From positions 208,643-272,642 of the forward strand of contig DHPR01000012.1 of assembly GCA_002410925.1 (NCBI GenBank): DNA of 64,000 nt. Reading direction: 5' to 3'. The notes below the pieces were generated by a model that was not told the DNA's origin, ran no database searches, and worked only from the letters and a program-made list of their open reading frames with translations. Made by a program: the position numbers and the translations under genes. Of the stretch, positions 1-10,089 are shown piece after piece. Position 1 is the first letter of the stretch, and every line of letters starts with the position of its first letter. Source of the stretch: a bacterium UBP13_UBA5359. GTDB taxonomy: Bacteria; UBP13; UBA5359.

Positions 1-441
1 CGACTGATAGTTGGCGCCCAGATCGGTTAAAGTTACTGTTATCAAGCATTGGCAGCGATTCAGCTCCTCTGCCAGCGGCCCGAGCACGTCTGCATGAATA
101 GGATAAGCGTTTCTGGCCGGCTGAAGATGAACGGCACGAATATCTTCCTGCTTCATCAGATTGATAATACACCGAGGCTCAGGGAAATCACCATATTGGT
201 GCGGAAGAAGAGTCCAGCATGGGTACAGGCGGTCGCGGTACGGAGCTATCTCTTTCGTTAATCTGTCATTGCAATACATGGCATCGTAATAGATACTCTG
301 TTCGTGCCGGACCAGTGCCCGGGCTATACCGTAAAACTCCATATCCTCCAGCAGATGGTCCAACCGCCAGCGTTCGGCCTCATCTTTACCGGGGTGAGGA
401 CCGTAGGATGTCCAGCAATCGAATATCAACGGATCGGGCAT
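1..441 (-). CDS. Amidohydrolase-family (TIM-barrel metallohydrolase-like) protein, 5' part; runs off window start
   Basis: Manual translation from ATG 441 (RBS AAGGAGGT): MPDPLIFDCWTSYGPHPGKDEAERWRLDHLLEDMEFYGIARALVRH...NDRLTKEIAPYRDRLYPCWTLLP; open to window edge; pattern resembles amidohydrolase_2 N-termini. Confidence 0.65.
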   Translation of the reverse strand, partial: MPDPLIFDCWTSYGPHPGKDEAERWRLDHLLEDMEFYGIARALVRHEQSIYYDAMYCNDRLTKEIAPYRDRLYPCWTLLPHQYGDFPEPRCIINLMKQEDIRAVHLQPARNAYPIHADVLGPLAEELNRCQCLITVTLTDLGANYQS

Positions 442-502
442 AAATGGTACCTCCTTCAACATGAAATAGCTGCTTTATCCTACCCTTTGCTGTCTGCACT
501 AT

Positions 503-1750
503 TTACTTGCAGCCGTTCATGAACCATCGGGCAACACGATAGATTGCTTCTGCTGTTTCCTCCAGGTCGATATCGGTAAAGGCTTCGCTGACAGGCAAAA
601 CCACTCCTGTTTCCAGCACTTCTTCTGCTATCGGACACAACCCGGCATGATAATCGTATCGTTCATAGGGATGCCCGCCCCGCTCAAAGGCACTGTGCCT
701 GGTGAAGACGAGATACTCATAGACACAGCGCCCTATATAATGAGGTGTGGCTCTTAGACCCTCGGCTTTAAGGGCTGCGGCATACTCATCGGCATCGCAT
801 CCCAGCACCCTGGGCTTGATACGCAGCATGTAAAACCACCAAGTAGGATCACAACCGGAAGCAGGCTTAGGGAGTGTTATCCCTTCCAAATCCTGCAGCC
901 TGCTGCTCAGCTCTCTGCCCCACCAACGACGCCGCTCTACTATTCCGGCAAGTTTATCCAGCTGAGCCGATGCCACAGCGGCTTGAAGTTCAGTCATGCG
1001 GTAGTTGTTGGCCAGAAAAGAGGGATCACGAAAAGCAACGCCGGGCTCACGGTCATAACATTTATCCGTAGCCAGCCTCAAACGCCTGGCTATTCCCTCA
1101 TCACTGGTAACAGCCACTCCTCCCTCGCCGCAGGAGATATGTTTGAATTCATTGAGACTGAAGCAGCCGATGTCGCCGACAGAACCGACAAAAGCTCCCT
1201 TGTAAGTACACCCCCATGCTTGAGCACAATCTTCAATAAGGTAGAGGTTATGACGAAGGCATATATCTTTCAAGGCCGTTAAATCGCAGGCGTTGCCCCA
1301 CAGATGAATCGCCAGCACTGCCCGAGTCCTCTCCGTGATATGTTCCTCAACCGACTGCGGCGACAGTGTGTATGAGTGTGGGCAAACATCCGCAAAGACG
1401 GGAACGGCGCCCTGATATAGAATAGGTATCAGTGACCCCATATCGGTAATGGGGGCGGTGATAATTTCATCACCGGGAGAAATTCCCAGCGCTATCATAG
1501 CAGCATGAATACTTGCCGTGCCACTGCTGGCTGCTACAGCGTATTCAGCACCGGTCAATCCGGCAATCCTTCGCTCCATCTCTTTGACTTTATTGCCGGA
1601 AGCATAGAACAACACTCCCTTATCGATTGCTTCCTTCAGTTGCTTTGACTCTTCTTCTCCATAGCGGATCTGCGAACCGTAAGGTACCGTCTTAGCCGGC
1701 TTTCCACCTGCAATAGCAGGTAATTCTTGAGAAGTCTTCTTCACCTTCAT
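503..1750 (-). CDS. DegT/DnrJ/EryC1/StrS PLP-dependent aminotransferase
   Basis: Motifs SSGTASIH, IEDCAQA, FSLNEFKHISCGEGG, NYRMTELQAAV. Confidence 0.93.
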   Translation of the reverse strand: MKVKKTSQELPAIAGGKPAKTVPYGSQIRYGEEESKQLKEAIDKGVLFYASGNKVKEMERRIAGLTGAEYAVAASSGTASIHAAMIALGISPGDEIITAPITDMGSLIPILYQGAVPVFADVCPHSYTLSPQSVEEHITERTRAVLAIHLWGNACDLTALKDICLRHNLYLIEDCAQAWGCTYKGAFVGSVGDIGCFSLNEFKHISCGEGGVAVTSDEGIARRLRLATDKCYDREPGVAFRDPSFLANNYRMTELQAAVASAQLDKLAGIVERRRWWGRELSSRLQDLEGITLPKPASGCDPTWWFYMLRIKPRVLGCDADEYAAALKAEGLRATPHYIGRCVYEYLVFTRHSAFERGGHPYERYDYHAGLCPIAEEVLETGVVLPVSEAFTDIDLEETAEAIYRVARWFMNGCK

Positions 1751-1896
1751 ACCTCCGCCACGTTGGTAGATCCCCGGTAAAAAAATAGAAAGAGATCTGT
1801 TTCTTTACCAAGGAAAAACCAAACTAATACTATTACTTACAATTACCTTAACTTTATTATTATGTGATTAAAATGGATAAATTTAAGATCGATGGA

Positions 1897-2814
1897 TTAT
1901 TTTGATATCTGCTTCAACGCATTCCTGTAATGCAAAGGAGAGAGCCCTTCCAGCTTTTTAAAAATACGGCTGAAATAGTAGGTATCCTCAAAACCGACTC
2001 TTTCTGCGACCTCCTTTATATGAAGCCTGGGATCATTAAGCAGCTCTTTTGCCTTCTCGACCCGGACACGATTTATGTAGCTTACCACGCTGATGCCGGT
2101 TATTCTTTTAAACACAGAGGATAGATACGACGGACTCAGAGAGATAAAGGCCGCTAGATCATCAAGAGCAATACGCTCTACATATCTCTCCTCGACATAT
2201 TTCATTACATCCTTGACCACCATCTTGGACCATCTATCCTGCTCTTCTGTCAGCGACTTCACATTGCGCAGCAAGCTTATGAAAAATTGGGCCATCAGCT
2301 TACCTACGGCCTGCTTATATAGATGCTCTTTACTCTGCAATTCCTCCGTTACCCTCTCCAGCAAATACTTTGCCTCCCTGCTTCCGGATAAATCAAGACC
2401 AAAGAGAACGACCGGCCCCTTGTTCGGTAAGAATTCCGACATATGGATACGGCAGTAAAGTACATCTATAGAAGCCCACAGCATCTGAAACGGAGCGCCT
2501 TTGACAGGGCTTACTTCATGGAGTTGATGTGGCTGCAGAATGACCATACTCTTCTCCGTAGCATAAATCTTCCTGCCCTCGATATCGATGTAGCATTTTC
2601 CTTTCGGCACGTAATAAAAACAGAAGCAGCTATGATAATGGGGAGTATATCTTATCCTTTCCTTGTGGTCCATATACATATTCGTTTTATTATGTGCTGC
2701 ACTGCTCTGCCCGCACAATGCCATAAGCGGGAATACAGAAGGCGCTTCAACGGTATCAAGCATCTCTTTGAGAATATTTAAAAAGAATCGTTTCTTTGCG
2801 CTAAAACTCTTCAT
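1897..2814 (-). CDS. AraC-family transcriptional regulator (cupin sensor + HTH)
   Basis: PHYH cupin motif; C-terminal SPSYLSSVFKR...VAERVGFEDTYYFSRIFKK. Confidence 0.93.
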   Translation of the reverse strand: MKSFSAKKRFFLNILKEMLDTVEAPSVFPLMALCGQSSAAHNKTNMYMDHKERIRYTPHYHSCFCFYYVPKGKCYIDIEGRKIYATEKSMVILQPHQLHEVSPVKGAPFQMLWASIDVLYCRIHMSEFLPNKGPVVLFGLDLSGSREAKYLLERVTEELQSKEHLYKQAVGKLMAQFFISLLRNVKSLTEEQDRWSKMVVKDVMKYVEERYVERIALDDLAAFISLSPSYLSSVFKRITGISVVSYINRVRVEKAKELLNDPRLHIKEVAERVGFEDTYYFSRIFKKLEGLSPLHYRNALKQISK

Positions 2815-2820
2815 ATCTAA

Positions 2821-2829
2821 AGTATACCA
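2821..2829 (-). promoter_or_regulatory. Extended -10 element (TGG-TATACT) 6 nt upstream of AraC start; probable leaderless transcript
   Basis: Minus strand reads tggTATACTttagatATG; no Shine-Dalgarno visible. Confidence 0.5.
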
Positions 2830-2848
2830 GATATTTAATATTTACATT

Positions 2849-3946
2849 TTAAAATGATCTTACGATAATGCCTCCGCCCAACACCGTATCGCCATGATAA
2901 AAGACGGCCGACTGGCCTGGAGTAACGGCACGCTGCGGCTGTGCGAAGGTTACTAATACCTGTCCGCCTTCTACAAGCTCTATCACTGCCAGAGCAGGCT
3001 GCATGCGATAGCGCAGAGACACCTCCGCTTCACGGCAATTTTCCAGGCCGGGCAGCGCCACCCAATTGATATCCGTCACTGTCAGCCGGCAACGAAAAAG
3101 CTCTTCCTCTGAGCCTATTATCACGCGGTTATTTTCAGCATCTATATCCACTACGTAAAAAGGACGGCCTGAGGCGATGCCCAGGCCTCTTCTCTGGCCT
3201 ACGGTATAACAAACGATGCCCCGGTGCTGCCCCAGCACTCTTCCCGCCGTATCCACGATATCTCCCGGCATAGCGGCAGCAGGATTCCTTTGAGCAACGA
3301 AGGCGGCATAATCGTTATCCGGTATAAAGCAGATCTCCTGGCTCTCGGCCTTGGTAGCTACAGGCAAACCGTAATAAGCGGCCAGTTCTCGCGTCCGCTC
3401 CTTGGTCAGACCGCCCAACGGCATCAAAGTACGAGCGATCTGCTCCTGGGTCATGGCGTAGAGAAAGTAAGATTGATCCTTGCGTTCGTCCAGGCCGCGC
3501 CTGATAATATATCTGGCTCGAGCCCGGTCAAACTCCAGGCGAGCGTAGTGACCGGTAGCCAGGTAATCGGCATCCATCTCTTCCACCCGGCGTAACAGAG
3601 CCTCAAACTTGACCTTCTGGTTACATCTGACGCAGGGGTTGGGAGTGCGCCCGCGTACATATTCACAGCAGAAATTATCGATAACCTCGGCCTCAAATAT
3701 ATCTCTGAAGTTGAGCAGATAATGCGAAATCCCCAGATGTGCCGCTACGCGGCGGGCATCCTCCACGGCTGACAGAGAGCAACAGGCAGCCGTATCGCCT
3801 GGGCGCTCGTATTCTTCAGCTCTGGGCCAGAGCTGCATGGTGATGCCGATGACCTCATAGCCCTGCTCAAGCAACAAGGCGGCGGCCACGGAGGAATCCA
3901 CTCCTCCGCTCATGGCTATGGCTACTCTAGGCTTGAGAACGTTCAT
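2849..3946 (-). CDS. mnmA: tRNA 2-thiouridine(34) synthase MnmA
   Basis: AMSGGVDSS, TPNPCVRCN, ATGHYA, KDQSYFL, ESQEICF, TVGQRRGLG, AVTPGQSAVFY. Confidence 0.98.
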   Translation of the reverse strand: MNVLKPRVAIAMSGGVDSSVAAALLLEQGYEVIGITMQLWPRAEEYERPGDTAACCSLSAVEDARRVAAHLGISHYLLNFRDIFEAEVIDNFCCEYVRGRTPNPCVRCNQKVKFEALLRRVEEMDADYLATGHYARLEFDRARARYIIRRGLDERKDQSYFLYAMTQEQIARTLMPLGGLTKERTRELAAYYGLPVATKAESQEICFIPDNDYAAFVAQRNPAAAMPGDIVDTAGRVLGQHRGIVCYTVGQRRGLGIASGRPFYVVDIDAENNRVIIGSEEELFRCRLTVTDINWVALPGLENCREAEVSLRYRMQPALAVIELVEGGQVLVTFAQPQRAVTPGQSAVFYHGDTVLGGGIIVRSF

Positions 3947-4044
3947 TTGGTTTCTAAATTTACTTCTCTAAGCCACACATTCATCGCTTCGGCTTCAATA
4001 GTACGAAAATCCTTTAAAGCAGCATATCCGGGCATCTGTTCCAT
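3943..4044 (-). CDS. Putative 33-aa small protein translationally coupled to mnmA
   Basis: MEQMPGYAALKDFRTIEAEAMNVWLREVNLETK; G-rich RBS (AAGGGGGGT); stop overlaps mnmA start as ATGA. Confidence 0.45.
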   Translation of the reverse strand: MEQMPGYAALKDFRTIEAEAMNVWLREVNLETK

Positions 4045-4247
4045 GGGGAACCCCCCTTTAAGTAATTTCTCTTTCAGGCTGAATAATCTTGTCCTCTTTC
4101 TGCTTCTGCTGATTGAAGCCCTCTTTCCTTAACTCCCAAAGCTGGCGTAGATTACACCTTTTCAGAGGTCTTCTCCCTGCCTATTGTATATCCTGCAAGC
4201 AGTCTTATCAATAACAGATGAAACTGTCCTGGAGGCGTATTCTAAGC

Positions 4248-5255
4248 TCACGGGCGCAGGCCAGTGAGGAGGATGCGCCTGAGGCATGGCGCCATGGCTT
4301 TAGCCATAAAGTAGAACCCCAGAGAATTGCAATGCACCCCATCCACCAATCCAAAAGCATTATCAGCCGAGATTCCCTTAAGAGCATTGAATAAATAAAT
4401 GTTCTTATCCCCCTGGCGATTCATAGCCCGGACAAAAGCACGAGCTGCCTTACGCTGTTTTACTGAAATGGTCTCCCCTGTGTTCTCTGCACAGAAATAA
4501 AATGGGCTGACTACTACTATCGGTGTGTTCTTATGAATACGGCGTAATTCTTCTGTAAAGATGGGTAAATTCTCTTCCCATCCCAACTTTATATTGGCCC
4601 AGTAATCCAGAACGATGCAGGAGGCATCTATCTCATTGATGGCACGGGCCAGCTCCAGCTCGCCCATGCCGTTGCCGGAGAAACCTAAATTAATAAAATC
4701 CGCATTCAGCCAGCGAGAGATAAAGGACTGGTAGGTAGTTCCCGGGGTTGAGGCACATCCGCCCTGGGTAATGCTGGATCCATAAAAAACTATTGGTTTA
4801 TCCACAGCAAACGGAGTAGAAGGCTCGACGATCGCTGCTTCATCCAGGCCGATGTAATTTATCTTCGTTGTCTGATATAACGGCATATTAATAGTTATTT
4901 CCCGCACAGCCCGGTTTTCGGCGATATGCCATTCTGCCTTGATCGCACCCTTTTCATCTGGAGAGGTACTGCCCATAAAGATATCATTCACATAAATATC
5001 AAAGCCGCTCTGTCCTATGCGAGTTATATGATTCATAACCAAATTATCCGGGCATTTGGCTTTAATGCCTACATGCAATGAATCGGTTTTGAACCTTATG
5101 CGCCCTCCGGCAGGGATCTGGGCAAGATCCCAGACAGGCTGCCGAAAGCCTTTCTTCAAACGCCGCGGCAAACGTCTAAGAGAGGGTTTCTCTTCCTCAA
5201 ACCATGCTAAGCCGTTAACAGCAAACCTCTTATCCGGAAACTTAAACCATTCCAT
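4248..5255 (-). CDS. SGNH/GDSL hydrolase with N-terminal GxDxY domain (putative carbohydrate esterase)
   Basis: GFDIY, FYGSSITQG, NLGFSGNG, DGVH. Confidence 0.9.
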   Translation of the reverse strand: MEWFKFPDKRFAVNGLAWFEEEKPSLRRLPRRLKKGFRQPVWDLAQIPAGGRIRFKTDSLHVGIKAKCPDNLVMNHITRIGQSGFDIYVNDIFMGSTSPDEKGAIKAEWHIAENRAVREITINMPLYQTTKINYIGLDEAAIVEPSTPFAVDKPIVFYGSSITQGGCASTPGTTYQSFISRWLNADFINLGFSGNGMGELELARAINEIDASCIVLDYWANIKLGWEENLPIFTEELRRIHKNTPIVVVSPFYFCAENTGETISVKQRKAARAFVRAMNRQGDKNIYLFNALKGISADNAFGLVDGVHCNSLGFYFMAKAMAPCLRRILLTGLRP

Positions 5256-5287
5256 ATATCATTACTCCTTCAACTTATCCGTTCTTA

Positions 5288-6394
5288 TTATTTATTCTGA
5301 AAAGAGATCTTCGGGTAACCGGAATAATCAACGATATACCTGCCGTTTGAAGTCGGATACTCTATCTTGCCTTTTCTGGCAAAATCGTTGGGTACATTCA
5401 ACCGTTTGGCAAAGGCTCCGTCTTCCTTCAGATAAACATCAGCATACTTGATCACAACCTGTTCACGGTTCCCAACTGAATGCCCCGTGCCTTTAACGGC
5501 AACGCCATCTATATCAAACTCCGTTAAAAAATGGGCATCTACGCTTATGCCGGCGGCCAGCATATTCCTGTATTGAAGAATTTTTGCCGATATGGGACAG
5601 GAGGTATCCGCCACGCCGTGAACTATAACTATCTTCAGTTGAGGGTTGGCGGCATGCAGGATTTTGCAATGTTCCGGATGGCCAAAATCTCGGATTTCCT
5701 GCATATCCTTGCTTAAAAAGGCAGGGCTTTGAGGATCACGTGAATACCCGGCATTCAGGTCTGTTCCCTCCCCGGTGCCGAAGGCAATAGCATCAATAAG
5801 ACCAGGCATGCCGCAGATATCTACACCGCAGGCAAAGGTATAAGGGGCCAATTTCATGGCCATCTGAGTGACGTTGCCGCCGCCGCTCACTCCCATGGAG
5901 TAAATTCTGTTTTCGTTAAACGTAATAGCCTGCGCTTGGAGCTGTGTCCGGATTGTATAGAGTGCGCCGATAACATCCATAGCCTGTAGAAATCCATGGT
6001 CATACGGCAAAGCCTCTTTCCTCCATTCCGGCCCGCTCTGAAGATAATTCACGGAAACGGCAATAACATTAAACCTGACGGCAAAGGTCTTGCACCATTG
6101 AATATATTCAGAAGAATTGTAAACCCCACCCCAGTTATGGAGCACCAGCATCAATCCAGTGTTCTTGTTTATGCCGGCAGGAGGCTCTTCCACCCACATT
6201 TTAACCATTCGTTTTTCGGGTTTCTGCGGCCACTCCTGAGCTTCAAACTCCTGCTCCCTGGCCAAAATCCCGGTGGTGGATTTGGCGGATTGAACTGTCT
6301 GCGGCACTGCCGCCACCTCACTTTCTAAAGCCAGCAATAAAGCCGGCAAAATTATCCCTGCCTGAGCAAAGGAAAACTTTATCTTCCTGGGCAA
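5288..6394 (-). CDS. Secreted alpha/beta-hydrolase-fold protein (DUF2920-like)
   Basis: Signal-peptide-like N-terminus; LVLHNWGG, AVSVNY, nucleophile elbow GVSGGG, HGVAD. Confidence 0.7.
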   Translation of the reverse strand: MPRKIKFSFAQAGIILPALLLALESEVAAVPQTVQSAKSTTGILAREQEFEAQEWPQKPEKRMVKMWVEEPPAGINKNTGLMLVLHNWGGVYNSSEYIQWCKTFAVRFNVIAVSVNYLQSGPEWRKEALPYDHGFLQAMDVIGALYTIRTQLQAQAITFNENRIYSMGVSGGGNVTQMAMKLAPYTFACGVDICGMPGLIDAIAFGTGEGTDLNAGYSRDPQSPAFLSKDMQEIRDFGHPEHCKILHAANPQLKIVIVHGVADTSCPISAKILQYRNMLAAGISVDAHFLTEFDIDGVAVKGTGHSVGNREQVVIKYADVYLKEDGAFAKRLNVPNDFARKGKIEYPTSNGRYIVDYSGYPKISFQNK

Positions 6395-6546
6395 ATTTTG
6401 ATAAGTAACTTACATTTTGGGCTTGGGAACGTTCGTTTTGATCTCCGCTACCCTTTTACCCCTTGGAATATACCTTTCATAACCGGGCTATCGCTTCAAA
6501 CTTTTCAGTCACAACCATTTTCCGAGGATATAATAGCAAAAGCGGG

Positions 6547-7266
6547 CTATCCAGGCAAACCGCTTTGCCAGCTATCCTGGCTCAACATCTTCTCCTCATG
6601 CCGCACTTCTTCCCGCCAATCGGAACGGCTGAACCGCTGCAGCAGCCGGTAATGCAAAAATGACCAGGCCCGATGCAGCAGATTGCCGATGAACAAAGCT
6701 GTGACTATAACAGCCAGAGAAAACAGCCAAAAAGATACGTCAGAGGATACACCTTCACCCGGTCTTTTCAAGCTGTAGAGGCTGTCATTGGAAGTGAAGA
6801 AGCTCCAGTCCAACCTTTGTCGCAAGAGAATAAAGACCGCCACATAGCCCAATAATATCAATGAGCCGCACCAGGCGATATAATCGCAGCTCAACTCCAG
6901 CAGTCCACCGGACAGCAAAACGTTTTTGTTCCGCCGGCATCCCTCCCGCTTGGCTAAAGCGGCCAGGGCGCCAATCACGCCGCAGATCAGCATCGGCAGA
7001 ATGAAGAAAGCCGCCGGGAAAGATGCCCGAGCGCTCGTTCCGGCTGCAAGACCGCTCTCCGTTTTCGCGAGAGCTTGCAAATAACCTGTTCCGTGCATGG
7101 CTAACGATTGCACCCCGCTGCCTATAAACGAGAGCAGCAGCAACAGCCCCAAGCAGGCATAGATAAGCACTATCATCAACACTCCGGCAGCAAAGCCGGT
7201 TTGCAACGTGGTTCGCATATCTGTGCCCCTGGAGATGATATCGTATATGTGGCTATGCTCCAGCAT
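6547..7266 (-). CDS. Hypothetical membrane protein (about 4 TM segments)
   Basis: 239-aa ORF with several hydrophobic stretches; no recognised motif. Confidence 0.65.
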   Translation of the reverse strand: MLEHSHIYDIISRGTDMRTTLQTGFAAGVLMIVLIYACLGLLLLLSFIGSGVQSLAMHGTGYLQALAKTESGLAAGTSARASFPAAFFILPMLICGVIGALAALAKREGCRRNKNVLLSGGLLELSCDYIAWCGSLILLGYVAVFILLRQRLDWSFFTSNDSLYSLKRPGEGVSSDVSFWLFSLAVIVTALFIGNLLHRAWSFLHYRLLQRFSRSDWREEVRHEEKMLSQDSWQSGLPG

Positions 7267-7354
7267 GTTCGTACCTCAAACAGCATAATGATCGGAATTT
7301 TAATATTGCTGTTTGTTATTATACTCCCTTTGCAGCCAGGCAACAAAGTATGAA

Positions 7355-7391
7355 AGCTTGGGGTCAGTCTGTAACCTCCTGACCCCAAGCT
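7355..7391. repeat. REP-like palindrome, copy 1
   Basis: agcttggggtcag-N11-ctgaccccaagct; 3' arm matches the reverse complement of 26790-26810 at 20/21 nt. Confidence 0.7.
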
Positions 7392-7418
7392 CCGGGCACA
7401 AAAGCTCCATAGTTTTTC

Positions 7419-8630
7419 TTAATTGGTTGGGTTCTTATACCACCTACCGCCGCATATTATATCTATATCACCATCGTTATCTACATCGCCTACAGCATAG
7501 TAGCTGCCCAGGGAATTAGTGGTAATCTGTTTTTTAACCCAGGAAGAGCCACTGCCGTTGTTCTTATACCAGAGACTGGCTGCACTATCTTTCCTGTAGC
7601 AGATTACATCATTGTAGCCATCAAGGTCTACATCCACAACCACCGGCAATTGCCCCTCAAGGCCGATCGTTGAGAGAGTATCCATTAGAATCCTGCTGCT
7701 CCAGGATGTGCCGTTGCTTTTGTTCTTATACCAGCTGAGGTAGGATTTAACAAACGGCTTTCTTATACCTACTATCACATCCATATCGCCATCCCCATCC
7801 AGGTCGCCGACAGATATGGTCTCCATACAACTGTAAATGCTGGTATCCAGTGTGTAGCAAGGCCAGTTGCCGGTATTGCTCTTGGGGTTCAGCAGCACAA
7901 ACGTTGCGCCTGAGCCACCCAAAGAAGCACAGCTGGTTGCAGCTATATCAAGGTAACCATCGCTGTTGAAATCTGTCAACGCCATACCCTCTATATCGCA
8001 ATAGGTGTTGGTGTAAAGGGTATAGTAGGACCAGTTGTTGCTCATGCTCCCGGGGTTAACATACCAGCGCACCTGATGGTTCTCTCCGCCTGCTATTATA
8101 TCCGGGTAGCCGTCGTTGTTCATATCACCTATCTCTATGGCCTCAACTCCATCCTCCGTGGCAGGCGTCAGGGTCCCTATATAGTAGAAACTCCACGTCC
8201 CCTGCGTGCCGGGGTTTATGGCAACGTATATAGAATCTCTCATGTTGGTAGGAACTTTCACTGCCGGATCCCAGCCTATGGTTCCTATTACCATATCCGG
8301 CAGGCCATCTCCATTGACGTCTCCTACTCTCTGCCCGTCTATAAAGGCTGCTATGTTGGCATGTCCTACCTGATAGCCGCCGTTCCAGACTTCCTGGTTC
8401 CAGCCGGTAGATATTGCCTGCCAGCTGCCCGCGCCTGTCCCGGGGTTTTTGTACCAGTAGTTTACAGAAAGGGAATCTACGTAGCCGTCGCTGTCTACAT
8501 CCATCAGGACGCGCTTCATGCTGCCGCCGCCTATGCTTACGCTGGCCCAGTCTGCGCAGACCGCTCCCGCAAGAAGCGCCATGAAAACTAGTGACAAAGC
8601 AACTCTAAAGCAGAACTCTCTTGCTTTCAT
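7419..8630 (-). CDS. Secreted FG-GAP/VCBS-repeat (Ca-binding beta-propeller) protein
   Basis: Signal peptide; about 7 repeats of D-x-D/N-x-DGxxD (GDVNGDGLPD, GDMNNDGYPD, GDLDGDGDMD, GDVDNDGDID) with WYKN. Confidence 0.88.
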   Translation of the reverse strand: MKAREFCFRVALSLVFMALLAGAVCADWASVSIGGGSMKRVLMDVDSDGYVDSLSVNYWYKNPGTGAGSWQAISTGWNQEVWNGGYQVGHANIAAFIDGQRVGDVNGDGLPDMVIGTIGWDPAVKVPTNMRDSIYVAINPGTQGTWSFYYIGTLTPATEDGVEAIEIGDMNNDGYPDIIAGGENHQVRWYVNPGSMSNNWSYYTLYTNTYCDIEGMALTDFNSDGYLDIAATSCASLGGSGATFVLLNPKSNTGNWPCYTLDTSIYSCMETISVGDLDGDGDMDVIVGIRKPFVKSYLSWYKNKSNGTSWSSRILMDTLSTIGLEGQLPVVVDVDLDGYNDVICYRKDSAASLWYKNNGSGSSWVKKQITTNSLGSYYAVGDVDNDGDIDIICGGRWYKNPTN

Positions 8631-9045
8631 AACTGTTCCCTCCTTGTATTTTTTTGTTCTACTATAATACTTTATTTAGCGTATGTTCTTCAGCCTGCTG
8701 AAGGCATATCTCTTTGCTCTATTTTATACCCTCTATTGGCAGATTATTAACCTTTTTGATACCCTGTAAAATTACGCAAAAAGTTAAATATCAAAAGTAG
8801 TCAGAGGGTGCAAACTCTGGTCAGGAACGGAATCCTTACGCTTGTGCCAGACAGCCATCTCAAGAGCCTGAGAAGCTTTGTAGAGGGTACGTGATGCCTC
8901 ATTAAAAAATCTATTCAAGAGAGGGTACGATACCTCACGTAAAAATCTACTCGAAGGGTATGGCGGATTCCTCCTTTCCGGGGTTGTATTTATGGGCAGA
9001 TATCTGCCATAGTCTTCGCAGCATAGCGTTTACATCTCGACGTAA

Positions 9046-9537
9046 TTGGGCCGGCTTCAGAGCATCCCAGTTCCTGCGTTGCCATTTTGCAAGATAGTAT
9101 TGAAAGCTCCAAGACCCATTGTTAAAATCTATTCCCAAGCCTATCTCAAGCAGCTAAATACTATCGGCGATCACATACGGAAGAAACGGTTAGATATGGG
9201 GCTTTCCCTTCGCCAAGTAGCTAAACAAATCGGCGTCAATAAATATACTATTATCGGTTGGGAAAAACACGGCTGGGTTCCCTACCTGCACCGCATACCA
9301 AAGATCATCGAATTCTTAGGCTATATACCTCCCACCATTACCAAAGATATGAGCTTGGGCGGAAAGATCATGGCCTACCGCAAAATTACCGGAACATTGC
9401 AATCGCAACTTGCCAGACAGCTTGGGGTCGATGCCAGCGTCTTACGTAAGTGGGAAAGGAATAAGAGTGTTCTGCAGCAGAAGCGATTTCAAGAGGCCAT
9501 AGATTCATTGCTTAGAAATGGCAACATGTCAACGTGA
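9046..9537 (+). CDS. XRE-family regulator with two HTH domains (transposon cargo)
   Basis: GDHIRKKRLDMGLSLRQVAKQIGVNKYTIIGWE and second HTH QSQLARQLGVDASVLRKWE; start uncertain. Confidence 0.8.
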   Translation: MGRLQSIPVPALPFCKIVLKAPRPIVKIYSQAYLKQLNTIGDHIRKKRLDMGLSLRQVAKQIGVNKYTIIGWEKHGWVPYLHRIPKIIEFLGYIPPTITKDMSLGGKIMAYRKITGTLQSQLARQLGVDASVLRKWERNKSVLQQKRFQEAIDSLLRNGNMST

Positions 9538-10089
9538 AAGATACCCACCTACAATAGTATAACCTCCAGGCAAAATGGCATTTCCTCTATTAGAGGCATT
9601 ATTAGAGTACTTATTTGAATATATTATTGATATTCCTATAAGTAGAACAAAAATAACAGTGGAAAATATAGCTCTCTTAAAATACGCCTGAGCCATATTT
9701 AAATAATCAACTTTAAGATTGGTAGTCTTGAAATTATACAGAGTACGATTAACTAAAGTGGTAATAACCTTTTTCTTATAAGAAGTATTCGAGGTATTCT
9801 TTGTTATAAAATCTTGAAGGCTCGGTTGATAATAATTTCTAACCTCAATAGCTTTAATCATAAACCATAACTGCTGTAGAGAGATACAACATAATAATCA
9901 CTAATACTATCACCAAAAACACCAACATGAAAAATAGCCCTGACCGCATATAATCGTCACTTAGAACATCCTTACTAATCCTTAAGATAACTGCAGCCAT
10001 AGCGCTTATAAATCCGATCAATATTGTTGATTTATTTTCAACGGCTTTCTTTCGATCTCGCTCACTATTATAAAAATCGAAAGCCATGT
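9529..10089 (-). pseudogene. AT-rich membrane-protein gene, frameshifted near 9855 and 5'-truncated by the IS21 end
   Basis: Two overlapping ORFs (MAFDFYNSERDRKKAVENKSTILIGF... and ...IKAIEVRNYYQP...) read as one hydrophobic protein; sequence beyond 10089 is IS end. Confidence 0.55.

Noticed and set aside
8883-8960. Tandem ~38-bp repeats resembling a mini CRISPR
   Set aside because: Only two degenerate copies, no unique spacers, no cas genes; explained as transposon end repeats matching 11035-11098
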